Positions 23,312 to 34,428 of a stretch of 64,000 bases of DNA are shown one piece after another; position 1 is the first letter of the stretch; each line of letters begins with the position of its first letter. The stretch comes from Rhabdochlamydiaceae bacterium. GTDB lineage: Bacteria; Chlamydiota; Chlamydiia; Chlamydiales; Rhabdochlamydiaceae. The stretch covers positions 128,001 through 192,000 of the forward strand of contig JAJREF010000005.1 in assembly GCA_047459655.1 (NCBI GenBank), in the 5' to 3' direction. Position numbers and translations under genes: made by a program. The notes beneath the pieces were generated by a model that worked only from the letters and a program-made list of their open reading frames with translations, did not search any database and was not told the origin of the DNA.

Positions 23312-23401
23312 AACACCGTTTTATAAGTCAGCATGTTTAGGAACCTCTGGACAAGTCATTTATCGAATTTTTCAAAACATGCTCACTTATGCAGCGGTCT
23401 C
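23312..23401. repeat. Internally deleted family A palindromic element (90 bp)
   Basis: AACACCGTTTTATAAGTCAGCATGTTT...TTTTCAAAACATGCTCACTTATGCAGCGGTCTC; right end matches copies 1 and 2. Confidence 0.75.
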
Positions 23402-23700
23402 ATGCTGAGTTTGAAGAGAAAAGACTTTTCATGGATTATTGTGAGCAAACAGAGTTGCTCATTTAGGTTTTGGAGGCGATCAAAAGAGGCCTTCCAACTA
23501 AAACTGACCACTTAACTCATGCACAAATCATTCTCGCCCCGCAAGAAAAGCACATATAGAAAATTATAGGTATTCATGAGTCAATACAGAATTTTATATC
23601 ACAGGTTAAAAGTTAAGAGGCATTATGAGTTGACTTGCTGTCTCTTTTCAGAGAAAATAATCTATAAAATCAACGAACCATTAATTACGCAAGAGGTCTT

Positions 23701-26682
23701 TTGAGCGCCTTTGATGTTTTATCGAAAGAGACGTCCATTTTGGGAAATTGGTTTTTACAAGCCTCTGCAGGCACAGGGAAAACTTTTACCATTGAACACC
23801 TTGTCATTCGCCTGCTTTTAGAAGGTGATTGCCGGTTAGATCAAATACTTGTTGTAACTTTTACAAGAGCTGCTGCAAGAGAGCTTAAAACAAGAATTCG
23901 AGCAAAATTAGAGAAGGTTATCGAAGAAAAGGAAGCTTTTCCTTACTTAAACGATGTATTCAATCTAGAAAAAATAGAAGAAGCGCTGTTGGTGTTTGAT
24001 CAGGCGCAGATCTTTACGATCCATGGCTTTTGTCAAAAGATGCTGCAAGAGTATGCTTTTGAAGCAGGGCTTGGATTCAATACAGAGCCTTGGACACCTC
24101 AAGAAGAAGAAAAGGAAGCTCTTTCTTTTTTTCGTGCGGTGATAAAAAATTATAGCCCAAGTCAGCAGCTACTTTTACTAAAAAAATTTCGCAACGACAT
24201 AGATCATCTTATCGAGTTTATCGTGAAAGAAAAGGCTTCTTTTGGAATAGAGGAGATCTCTTTTGAAGATATGTTAACCAGGTTCAATGCCTTGCTTCAA
24301 ACCATTCCTGATTTTCCTCTAGCAAATCTATTCGCGCAAGAGATGGTTCACTACAAGAAAATGACAGATCCAGATTTCCCTGATCAAGCTAGATTCTTAG
24401 AAACGCTGGTTATAAAAAATGTGTTCATCTGATGAACTAGATCACCTTCTTTTAAAAACCCCCTTTTTTTTAGAGGGGCTAGATCCTTCCAACCTAAAGG
24501 TTAAATCAGCGGGTCGCCCTCTTCACAAGCAGCTAGCTTTCCTAAGAGACACTCTTCTGCCTTTTATAGAGCAGATGTCTGATCCTAAACTCATTGTGAA
24601 AGATATCATCAAGCACTGGAGAAAAGAGAAAAAGAATCTCTCCTTGCTCAAGGACAAGATGTCACCGGATGATATCTTAGAAAAATGGAAGCAAGCTTAT
24701 CGAATGAGAGCTGTGTAAGGCACATACGGCAAAAATATCAAGCCGTTATTGTGGATGAATTTCAAGATACAGATCCGGTTCAATGGAATATCTTTGAAAA
24801 ACTCTTTTTACCCTCATATGTGAAAGCTATTTATCTTGTAGGAGATCCTAAACAGTCGATCTATGCTTTCAGAAAAGCTGATATCTATACCTTTTTAAAA
24901 GCATCTATGCAATTTACTTCCCATGCTCATCTAGACACCAATTACAGATCAGAGCAAGGTTTAATACAAGCCTTGAACAGCTTGTTTTGTAAAAAATCCT
25001 GGATCGATCTTCCTGCCTGGGGGACTACGCTCCCTGTTTTACCTATGAAGGCAGGAAAGCAAGGAGGAGGGGATCTTCATTTTTTTATAGCAGAAGGTAA
25101 TCTTGGAAGAGAAAAAAGATGGCCCTCTTATCAAATAGAAAAGGATTATTTATTTCCATTCATCGTCCAAGAAATCCATAAAGTTTATGGCACTTCATCG
25201 ATAGCCATTTTGGTGAAAGATCGTTTTCAAGCCCATCGCATCCATACATTTTTGCAGGAGTGGAATTTTCCCTCTTCGATCCAACGAGGAGAGAGTCTCG
25301 GAGATTCGCTTGCGCTCTTAGCTCTTCAAGAATTGATAGAGGTGCTCATGAGTCATGATCTTAGTTTGATGAAAAACTCTCTTGGGTCCGCTCATCGGCT
25401 GGACCACGCAAGAGCTCACAGAGGAAAATATATTTTTAGCACGGGAAAAATTTTTAACCTTCGCTACGCTGTTTAAAGAGAAAGGGTTTGGTGCTTTCTG
25501 GGGGGAATTTTTACAAACCAGATGGTGGTGCATAACAACTCTTGAGCGCTTAGTAGCCCTTCCTGATTTAACACTTTACCACGATCTCCAAGAAATTGCA
25601 GAAAAAGCCATTTTGCAAAAAGATCCTGAACGCATCTCCCACTTTTTAAAAGAACTTAAACAATCAGAAGTTACAGATCGCATTTTAGGGGAAAGCTCGG
25701 GCATTCAGATCATGACAATACATGCTAGCAAGGGGCTAGAATTCGATACCGTGTTTGCGCTCGGCCTTGCTTCAAGGAATGTGGTGCAAGAGGCATCAGA
25801 AGGAGAGCAACGCGAGTTAGATGCAGAAAAAATGCGGCAGCTTTATGTCGCAATGACAAGGGCTAAACAGAAGCTCTATGTTCCTCTTGTCATTGATCTT
25901 GATTACAAACCTGTTTCTCCTGGAGAGGCATCTCCTATGGAGCTTTTCTGGGATAGGGTAAAACCTTCTTTAGAAGAGTATGCCTATACCTTGATTAACA
26001 AGACTCCCTGCATTTTGACCCCGTACCAATCTAAGGAGCAGATTCTGTTTGTTTCCACCTCTTCCACTTCCTCAACCTTCTCCTCCTGAATTTATCCTCT
26101 CTTTTTCTTCTCTTTCTAAAAAAGTTAGAACCTTGAAGCATGTTCCTCCACATATTCTTCCTCTAGGTGCTGAAACAGGGATCATCCTTCATCGCATTTT
26201 TGAGCGCATACTTCCCCTACAATCTCAAATAGAAACGGTCGTTGCTGAAGAAGTGAAAGGGACACTCCTTGCAGATTGGTCCAAACAGGTGGTGGAGATC
26301 GTTGAAAAAACCCTTCAACTTCCCCTAATGGCTTTTTCTCTACAAGAGGTTAGACAAGATAAAATGCAGCAAGAGATGGAGTTTCTTTTTTCTACAAAAA
26401 ATGGCCTGATGAAAGGTTATATCGATCTCTTTTTTGAAAAAGATGGCAAATATTACCTCGTCGATTGGAAGACAAACTATCTCGATAGTTACGACTATCC
26501 TCATCTAGAGCAAGCGATGCAAGAGGGAGATTATTTTTTACAAGCTAATATCTATGCAGCAGCTCTTAAAAAATATCTTGCGCGTTTTGACCCAAGGCCT
26601 TTTGAAGAATGCTTTGGTGGCGTGTGTTATATCTTTGTAAGAGCTCCTGCATGTTTTTTCTTTTCCTAAAGAGGTTATGTGA
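23701..26682 (+). CDS. recB: Exodeoxyribonuclease V beta subunit (frameshifted)
   Basis: 'QASAGTGKT', 'VTFTRAAAREL', 'VDEFQDTD', 'GDPKQSIYAFR', 'TIHASKGLEF', nuclease 'GYIDL...VDWKTN'. Confidence 0.93.
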
Positions 26683-28145
26683 AAGATAAAAATTTTCTTC
26701 ATCCCATCGATCTATTTTTTGCAGAATACGTGGGAGCTAAAACCTATGAAGAGAAAAGCGCTCATGGCACAACTCATGGCCGTTTCAAGGGAGGGACATG
26801 TCTGTTTAGATGTTTCCGATTTTTCCGTTCAAGGATTAGAAGAAAGTGAAAAGCATGCTTGGCAAGCAGTTGTCCAAGAAGGCGCGCGCATCATACCACA
26901 GCTGCCACATGTTGCGCGCCACGGCAATCTTTTCTATCTTTCCAAAAATTGGACTTATGAGACACAGATTTTAGAAAATCTCCATAGGATTTCGCTGCAT
27001 CCAAGCTCTTTTAAACATGGTGCGGTAGCAGAAGGGCTGACTGCAGAACAGTCACAAGCTCTGCATATCACTCTTAGCCATTCCCTTTCACTCATCACAG
27101 GAGGGCCAGGAACAGGGAAGACTTTCGTTGCTAAAGCGCTTGTGGAAGCAATGGGGCCCGAGGCTCATGTGATACTCACAGCTCCCACAGGGAAGGCTGC
27201 CAGCAGGCTGAAACAACTGAACCCAGCAACGACTTGTGGGACTTTGCATGCGATTTTAGGCATCCGTTCAGAAGAGATCTGGCGTTAGAGGGAGGGTTTT
27301 TACAAGCAGATCTTATCATTGTAGATGAGTCTTCTATGATCGACCTTCGTCTTTTTGCTTATTTTTTACGCTCTATCCAATCAGGAACAAAAGTAGTTTT
27401 GATGGGAGATGGAGATCAATTGCCCCCCGTTGAATCTGGGAGTATCTTTTTTGATCTAGTGGGGCAAGCTCCAACAGCCTATCTGACACGCTCAATGCGC
27501 TCTGATCGCAAGGAGATTTTGGATCTAGCCGCTTCCATTAAGGAAGGCAGAAACGAGATCACTTGCTTGGCAGAGTGTGATATTTTAAAAATAGCTGAGG
27601 AAAATTTCCCTCTACCTTCAGATGAAACAAGTAGAATCAAAGATTTTGAGCAATTTAGGATGCTTTCATCCCTTCGTGAAGGGCCACTTGGCGTTAGAAC
27701 CCTTAACCAATCCATTTTTGATCACATGAAGGAAAGGGCTAGAGGAAAAGTGTTAACGGTGCCTATTCTGTTTATCCGGACCGACTATGCACAAGGGATT
27801 TATAATGGGGATACAGGTGTCTTAGTTTATATAGAGGGAAAAGCAGCCCATGCTTTGATTCCAGAAAAAGATGGCTCCTTACGGAAAATCCCAGTTTTCC
27901 ATCTTCCCCCTTATGAATATGCTTATTGTCTTTCTGTTCACAAAAGTCAAGGTAGCGAATTTGATAAGGTTTTACTTTTTATCCCTCCAGGGTCCGAGGT
28001 CTTTGGTCGGGAGATTCTTTATACAGGGGTCACAAGGGCGCGCCACCAAGTGCAGATCTGCAGCACGCCAGAGATTTTAAATAAGACTTTGGCTAATGTC
28101 TCTAGAAAAAGATCAGGAATACGAGAAAGGTTATCCCTTCCATAG
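26679..28145 (+). CDS. recD: Exodeoxyribonuclease V alpha subunit (frameshifted)
   Basis: 'GGPGTGKT', 'APTGKAA', 'VDESSM', 'GDGDQLPPV', 'VHKSQGSEF', 'YTGVTRA'; follows recB. Confidence 0.92.
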
Positions 28146-29188
28146 GAAGGTTTTAGTATCAAGGTTCTCTTTTATATAAGAGAATACTTCGCCCTCGCTA
28201 TCCCAGCCTGTATCTTTGTAGTTGGCTAATCCGGCAGGCAAGAGAGCTTCAGTGATGGCTCTCATTCTGTCCTTTGGCTCATACGCATTCCAACTGTTTC
28301 TAATAATTGCTAGGGTGTCTGAGCTCAATTTTTGTTCTTTTATGAGCTTTAAAATAAAGCATAAGTTTTTATGGTTAAGTAGTAACTCTTTTGGTACCGC
28401 GGAAGGACGACCTGTCGATATGGCATAGTTGGGATCTATTCCTATTTCTAACAAGTTTTTAGCAACTTCATATTTGTTGGGAGCTGAGGTGTTAATGATA
28501 GCCCAAAGCAGTGATAATTCTGGATGATTTTTTCTACGGTCTGATAGTCTATCTAGGACTTTGCAAGCAGACTCAAGTCCCCACGATTCTTTTAACTCTG
28601 TTGCAGCAGTTAAGATTGTATCCTAAGGAATAATCCATGAAGAATTATTCAAAAAATAAACTCTGATAATGAAAGCTGATGTTTCATGAATTCTGTAGGC
28701 GGGGCGTCTTTCCTTTCCACCATAGAGAACTCCTCTTCTTCAATAATAGAAGGCTGTTCTGTAGGCGCAGCATTAGTGACAAAATTTCCGCTAATTACGC
28801 CCCATACTGAATCGAGGGCTGTACGTAGTAGTCCTGTATTTTGTGGGGTTTCTTTATCAGTTGCTCGAGTCTGATTAGGTCGGAAAATTTGTTCATATTT
28901 TTTCTTGATTAGTGCACAACACTCTTTCACTTCTTGTTTGAGCGTAGCAATCTCTGCTTCTATTCCAGAGGTCTTACTTGAGGAATTGGCTTGTTGTGGT
29001 GAGGGAATGAATAGGGAAATCTTATTTTGCAACTCACCTAGCCTTATTTCGAGATCGCTAATATTTGTTACATCTTTTCTTTCTTGCCTAAGAGAAGCGG
29101 TCTCAAGTTCTGTTTTGATCTTAGCTAATTCTGCTCTGCACCAGTCTACGTTTGAAGTCAAATTTGTTATATGACTCATAATATTCAC
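28131..29188 (-). CDS. Hypothetical protein: N-terminal coiled coil plus ankyrin-like repeat (interrupted ~28620-28650)
   Basis: Frame upstream of ORF 28131-28454 reads 'LSLLWAIINTSAPNKYEVAKNLLEIGIDPN'. Confidence 0.55.
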
Positions 29189-29478
29189 CTATTATTAAAT
29201 ATTTCTTTAATTATACCGCGTTTTGCTTGGAAATTCAAATTAATTTTACTACATAATGTGCGCATTATTTTTCCATAACACGTTAATTGTGAGCATGTTA
29301 AAGTGTTTTTAAGGTTGTTGGAATCACTGCAAGCCTTTGTAAATAAAGAGCTTGTGTACGCTATTTTTGTAGCCTTGGGAGTCTCTATATATAGAGAGGA
29401 GGAGTGCTTCTAGGTCTGGGTATTCAGGTTTATGGGAAATTTTATTGACAGGGTATTCAGAAATCTATATTCACTGAT

Positions 29479-29652
29479 TTATAACTCACTTACGCAAAAA
29501 GGATGGCTCATGGACTGTTTGAAAGCTGTTGATAAATCGAATTGCAGAAAATGGGTAGTATTGAATGAAATACAACCCAATTTCTGCAATTCGATTTTCA
29601 ACGCTTTGAAACAGTCCATGAGCCATCCTTTTTGCGTAAGGTGAGTTTATAA
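29479..29652. repeat. ~174-bp near-perfect inverted repeat (family D)
   Basis: Left arm ATAACTCACTTACGCAAAAAGGATGGCTCATGGACTGTTT...GGGTAGTATT pairs with right arm AATACAACCC...AAACAGTCCATGAGCCATCCTTTTTGCGTAAGGTGAGTTTAT. Confidence 0.92.
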
Positions 29653-29678
29653 TTAGAGTTTAATGGAGATCATTCCTT

Positions 29679-30065
29679 ATGGAAGAAAAGAAAAAAGACG
29701 GAGTGTCAGTCAGAGAGATTGAAGATTTCGCTAAAAAACATCGTTTCGAAGTATTTTTCTGCTTAATGTTTTTCTTAGCCTTTATTTTTGGAGCTTTTGG
29801 ATTTTTTAAATCTTTTTGGAGTATTGCTGCTTTTATGGGTGGTGCTATTGTAGGAGTTCTCTTTGCTCAAAAAGTGGATGCGATGCTCAAAAATGTGCTT
29901 AGCTTTATTTTTAAGCACGATTCCACAATGCAACTCGTACTTGGAATTGTTTGCCTTGTTATAGCAATATTCATCCCTTTTCTAGTTTTTTTAGTAACGG
30001 GACTAGCCGGTGGCAGAATTTTATATCTTCACGCTATCGAGAGCGCTCGTTCCCGGATGAAATAA
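29679..30065 (+). CDS. Hypothetical membrane protein
   Basis: Intact hydrophobic ORF with GGAG RBS. Confidence 0.8.
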   Translation: MEEKKKDGVSVREIEDFAKKHRFEVFFCLMFFLAFIFGAFGFFKSFWSIAAFMGGAIVGVLFAQKVDAMLKNVLSFIFKHDSTMQLVLGIVCLVIAIFIPFLVFLVTGLAGGRILYLHAIESARSRMK

Positions 30066-30810
30066 TAGCTTCTCTGTGATTAATATAATCAAGAAGAGAG
30101 ATGTCTTGTTTTTTGAAGTTTTGCTGGATGAGAAAATAAGCCTCAGGATCATACATTTGGCTGATGATTTTATTTTCTCCCCATCCTGCATTTTGCTTAA
30201 GCTCTTTCCATGCGGCTAGCTCTCCTTCTGGAGAGCCTAACTCTTTTTCTAAAGTTGCAATCCGCAATAAATTATAAGCATAAAGAAGCGATCCGTGGGG
30301 CGCGATCTGGCTTTTCTGACTCCAAAAAGAGTTGTCGACTGCAAGTTGCATTTTTAAATTTTTCGCATCTTCTAAAGCTTCTTTGAGATGACCTTCAGCA
30401 ATCATAAGAGATCCTGTTGCAAATTTTGTGTAGTAAGGAGAAAACTCTCCAATACGTTTTAGTGTAGCAGAGGCATAGGTAGCGGCAAGGCCACTCTGGC
30501 TTGAGCTTAAAAATTTTTGTGCAATCACGCTATCATACTTCTGGTGGAGTTCTGGGTGTTTGTGCATGAGCTTTTGTAGCTGCGCAAGGCCATCTTTTGT
30601 CACTTCCCAATTTGAGCAAACAGATTCAGCTTGTATGTAGTCTAATTGAGATCCTCCTTTTGCCCAATTGATCAAAGGGCCTCCCGCTATTAAAAGTGCC
30701 AAAAGACCTAAACTTCCGACTACAATTAAGTTCACACGGGAAGAAAACCAGTCAACGATATGTTTTTTGACATACCCAAATTTACCGATCGGGATCTGTT
30801 CTATTGTCAT
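30034..30810 (-). CDS. Hypothetical protein with N-terminal TM anchor
   Basis: Intact 258-aa ORF coupled to the upstream glycosyltransferase. Confidence 0.75.
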   Translation of the reverse strand: MTIEQIPIGKFGYVKKHIVDWFSSRVNLIVVGSLGLLALLIAGGPLINWAKGGSQLDYIQAESVCSNWEVTKDGLAQLQKLMHKHPELHQKYDSVIAQKFLSSSQSGLAATYASATLKRIGEFSPYYTKFATGSLMIAEGHLKEALEDAKNLKMQLAVDNSFWSQKSQIAPHGSLLYAYNLLRIATLEKELGSPEGELAAWKELKQNAGWGENKIISQMYDPEAYFLIQQNFKKQDISLLDYINHREAIISSGNERSR

Positions 30811-31863
30811 AAATTTTTTCCATCCTGTCTACAGTTTGCTTAAAGGTGAATTTTTGCTCTACAAGTTCTTTAGCTGCCATTCCAAATTGTCTGCGAAGCT
30901 CTGGATTATTTACAAGCTTCAGCACGTTTTCAGCTACTTTATCAGGAGAAAAGGGAGGGACGATAAACCCTGTTTTCCCATCTAAGCAAACTTCTGGCAG
31001 TCCTCCGATAGAGGTGGTGATTAGAGGGCGTTGTAAATAGGAGGCTTGTAAGGAAGCCTGGGATATCCCTTCATTAGCGGTACTTAGTAGCACAAAAATA
31101 TCCATGGCAGCCGTGGCTATATAGGGATTATCTAGATGTCCTGTAAAAGTTAAAGCTCCTTTTAAATCGATGAAATCTTGGTATTGGTCGAGGTATCCCC
31201 CACCTACGATTACCCATTTTAAATGAGGGTAGTTCAATAAGTTCTCTGCTGCCTTCATAAGGTCTTTGATCCCCTTCCAAGACCTGACCACACAAGTAGT
31301 TCCAATTAAGATATCGGTTGGCTTGACTCCTATAGAGTTTCTAAAAGCTTCGATGTCTGCTGGAGCAACATCAAAAGGATCTACACCTGTGGGAACGCAC
31401 TGACATCGATTTTCTGGGATTTTTGCTTGGGAACAAATCATAGGAATAATACTAGAAGAGGTTGTCACTACAAAATCAGCTAGGGAACGATAAAGAAGAC
31501 GGCTATTGATCCCTTTACGAATAGGTGTAGAAAGGTGGCGTGTTCTGACAGCCCTAATACCTGATAGACGTGCAGCAACACCTCCTAACCAAGCATCTAG
31601 GGAGGAGTGGGTGCTAACAACTTGAATGTGGTTTTTTCGGATGATTTTCTCAAGGACCAGAGAACGGAAATTGCATATTTTTTTTCAAAGGATAGCTCAT
31701 AGACAGAAAATCCTTCTTTTCTAGCTTGGGAAGAGAGCTTTCCTTCTTTTTGTACTGCGAATACGCATGTGTGTCCTCTTGCGCGTAGCCCAATGGCTTC
31801 TTTTAAAACACGGATCTCTTGCCCGCCCCATCCATTAGAACTTTCTGTATATAAAATCTTCAC
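30782..31863 (-). CDS. Glycosyltransferase family 4 (frameshift ~31625)
   Basis: 'MKILYTESSNGWGGQE', 'EGISQASLQA', 'GGLPEV..GKTG'. Confidence 0.9.
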
Positions 31864-32851
31864 TCATCACTTCTTTTAAAATTCGTTTGTGACCCGATGA
31901 AAAAGGAAGCTCTTCAAGTTTTTCTATAGCTATCCATTCATACCCTTCTATCTCTTTTTTGCTCCACTTGGTAAACTGTAGGGTATAGGTCAGCAGAAAA
32001 TCTTGTAAACCCATGGTTAACCTTGGATAAAATCTTTATCTTTTCTAGCGTAAGGCCCAAATCTAAGGTAGAGTCCTTCGGTACATAAGGAAACTCGTAA
32101 AGCCCCCCCATCACTTTGCCTAACTGCTCTTTTCGGACTAAGAGTTCCTTCTTGCAGAAGATGACTGCTACATCCCTACTCAGGTAGGTTATTTTAGCAG
32201 GTTTTTTCTTTATTGGTAAAAGAAAGGCGCTGCCTTCTCCATAGGCAAGGCATTTTTCTTGTAAAGGACACTTTTCACACTTAGGTTTTTTTTGACAAAT
32301 CTGGGCTCCTAGCTCAATTAAAGCCTCCATAAGGACCCAAGGCTCATCTTCGGGAAGAATAGAAATAACGGCATTTTCAAAAATTTTCTTTTTAGATGCA
32401 TCTTCCCATATAGAGAAGAGGCGGGAGATTACGCGCACTACATTGCCATCTACAGCGGCTGCTTTTTGATGGAAGGCAAAGCTTAAGACAGCACCTACTG
32501 TATAGGGTCCAAAGCCTTTTAGGGCCTCCAGCTGCTCTCTTTTAGAAGGTATTTCTCCTCGAACTGCTCTACAATTATTTTAGCTGTGGCATGCAGGTTT
32601 CTTGCTCTTGAATAGTACCCCAACCCCTCCCACGCTTTCATCACATTTTCTAAAGAAGAGGCAGCTAAAATTGCCACGGTAGGAAATTTTTGCATCCATT
32701 TCTCAAAATAGTTGATCACAACAGCGGCTTGCGTCTGTTGCAGCATGATTTCTGATATCCACACCCGGTAGGGAGAGGGATTCTCCCGCCAAGGGAGGGC
32801 TCTTTTCTCTTCATTAAACCATTCTTTCAGGCTTTGGCACACTTCTTGCAT
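31835..32851 (-). CDS. mutY: A/G-specific adenine glycosylase (frameshifted)
   Basis: 'LPWR..PYRVWISEIMLQQT', 'WEGLGYYSRARNL', Fe-S 'CQKKPKCEKCPLQEKC'. Confidence 0.95.
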
Positions 32852-32910
32852 GAGATCTAGCTACACCCCTCTCGTTTTCACTAAACGGAGATATTATACC
32901 AGAGGTCTTT

Positions 32911-33387
32911 ATGATTAGCAAAAAGAGTCCCGCTTGGCTTGAAGTACACATACAACTGCAAGACTCTATGAGAAAAGAAATCGAAATTATGCGAGAAATC
33001 TTAGGCAATATGCACCAAGAGGAGTATTTTCTACTTTCAAATGACAAGGTTTCGAGGGATCACGTCGTGGAGGAGAGATCTCTTTTGCTAAAGCGTTTTA
33101 ACGACATAAGACAAAAAAGACTATTGGCCACAGAGACTTTAGAGAACTTATCTTTTCCTAATGCTGACCTTGAAAAAGCCTCTCTAGAAGAGTGTCTATT
33201 GCAAAGTGATGAAAATAGCTGTGAGACTTTGCTCCTCAGAGATCAACTGGTAGCCATTTTCAATCGTATAACGATGCAAAATTCCCGCAATCAACTTTTG
33301 TGCAAGCTTAGTCAGCATCAATCCTTGAGCGCTCCTAAGCCTGTGAAAAAAAGATCATCATTGAGACAATTCCTCGCAACTCGATAG
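32911..33387 (+). CDS. Helical protein resembling FlgN-type export chaperones
   Basis: Pattern 'E..IL..M.QEE..L..ND.....EER..LL....IRQKR ... QNSRNQLL'. Confidence 0.55.
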   Translation: MISKKSPAWLEVHIQLQDSMRKEIEIMREILGNMHQEEYFLLSNDKVSRDHVVEERSLLLKRFNDIRQKRLLATETLENLSFPNADLEKASLEECLLQSDENSCETLLLRDQLVAIFNRITMQNSRNQLLCKLSQHQSLSAPKPVKKRSSLRQFLATR

Positions 33388-33395
33388 AATAAGGC

Positions 33396-34406
33396 ATGGC
33401 AAATGATATTAGAGCAGCAGGGTTAGTATATGGGCAGATGCTCCATCATCTTGATCATATAGGGCCTTTGTGCGCTCTCGTAGGCGTTCCTCTCATTGTC
33501 ACAGAAGAGGAGATAGCCGCTCTTGCAGAAAAATATTATCCAGGGCTAGAGGTCATCTACTGGGACTATCTTGAAACTCCTTTTAATCTTGTTCAGCAGT
33601 TTGATGCTATTTTTAGCTCTCTTCCCCGTCCTTTATTTGAGGACATTTTTTTTCTTGCCCAGCAGCTTGCGCGTAAGCAGGTGACCTCTATTTGGGTCCC
33701 TCACGGCAATTCCGACAAAGGTCATGCCTCTATTTTTATGGAAGGGCTGCAAAACGATCTGTATGCACTTGTATATGGAAAGAAGATGGTAGATTTTTTA
33801 AAAGAAAAGGAAGCCTTTCATCAGTTAAAATCGTGTATTACCATAGGAAATTTTCGCTATACGTATTACTTAAAAAACAAAACTTTTTACGACAATCTTG
33901 TCGAGCAAATCTTACCTAATGGTAAAGAAGTCATTCTCTATGCCCCCACTTGGAAAGACAAAGAAAATTCGACTTCTTTCTATGAAGCTTGTCCGATCCT
34001 CATTGATCATCTTCCAGAGCGCTATCATCTGATTGTTAAGCTGCACCCCAACCTGAATGACTCAGAAACAGATAGGCTGCTTTATCGTTATGAAAATACA
34101 CCGCGCGTTCTGTTTTTAAAAGAGTGGCCCCCTATTTATCCCCTTTTACAGAAAGCAGCCCTCTATATCGGAGATATGTCATCGATTGGATACGACTTTC
34201 TAATTTTTAATAGACCGATGTTTTTTCTCAATCAAAATAAGCGCCACCCTTCCAATGACAAGGGGCTATTTCTATATCAAGCAGGGGTTTCTTTACTTCC
34301 AGAAGAATATATGCACGTCTACACTATCATAGAGCGAGAAATTCAAAAAGATAAACAGCGCTTTCCCTCTATTCGACAGAATATGTATTCTTACACTTTT
34401 GCGTAA
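33396..34406 (+). CDS. CDP-glycerol glycerophosphotransferase (TagB/TagF-like) family protein 1
   Basis: 'PHGNSDKG', 'LYAPTW', 'VKLHP', 'IGDMSSIGYDF..RPMFF'. Confidence 0.85.
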   Translation: MANDIRAAGLVYGQMLHHLDHIGPLCALVGVPLIVTEEEIAALAEKYYPGLEVIYWDYLETPFNLVQQFDAIFSSLPRPLFEDIFFLAQQLARKQVTSIWVPHGNSDKGHASIFMEGLQNDLYALVYGKKMVDFLKEKEAFHQLKSCITIGNFRYTYYLKNKTFYDNLVEQILPNGKEVILYAPTWKDKENSTSFYEACPILIDHLPERYHLIVKLHPNLNDSETDRLLYRYENTPRVLFLKEWPPIYPLLQKAALYIGDMSSIGYDFLIFNRPMFFLNQNKRHPSNDKGLFLYQAGVSLLPEEYMHVYTIIEREIQKDKQRFPSIRQNMYSYTFA

Positions 34407-34428
34407 GGTGAATTGATAAGGAGGATCT

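Noticed and set aside
29432..29644. 70-aa ORF over the long palindrome
   Set aside because: A by-product of the inverted repeat; no recognisable protein features or RBS support.
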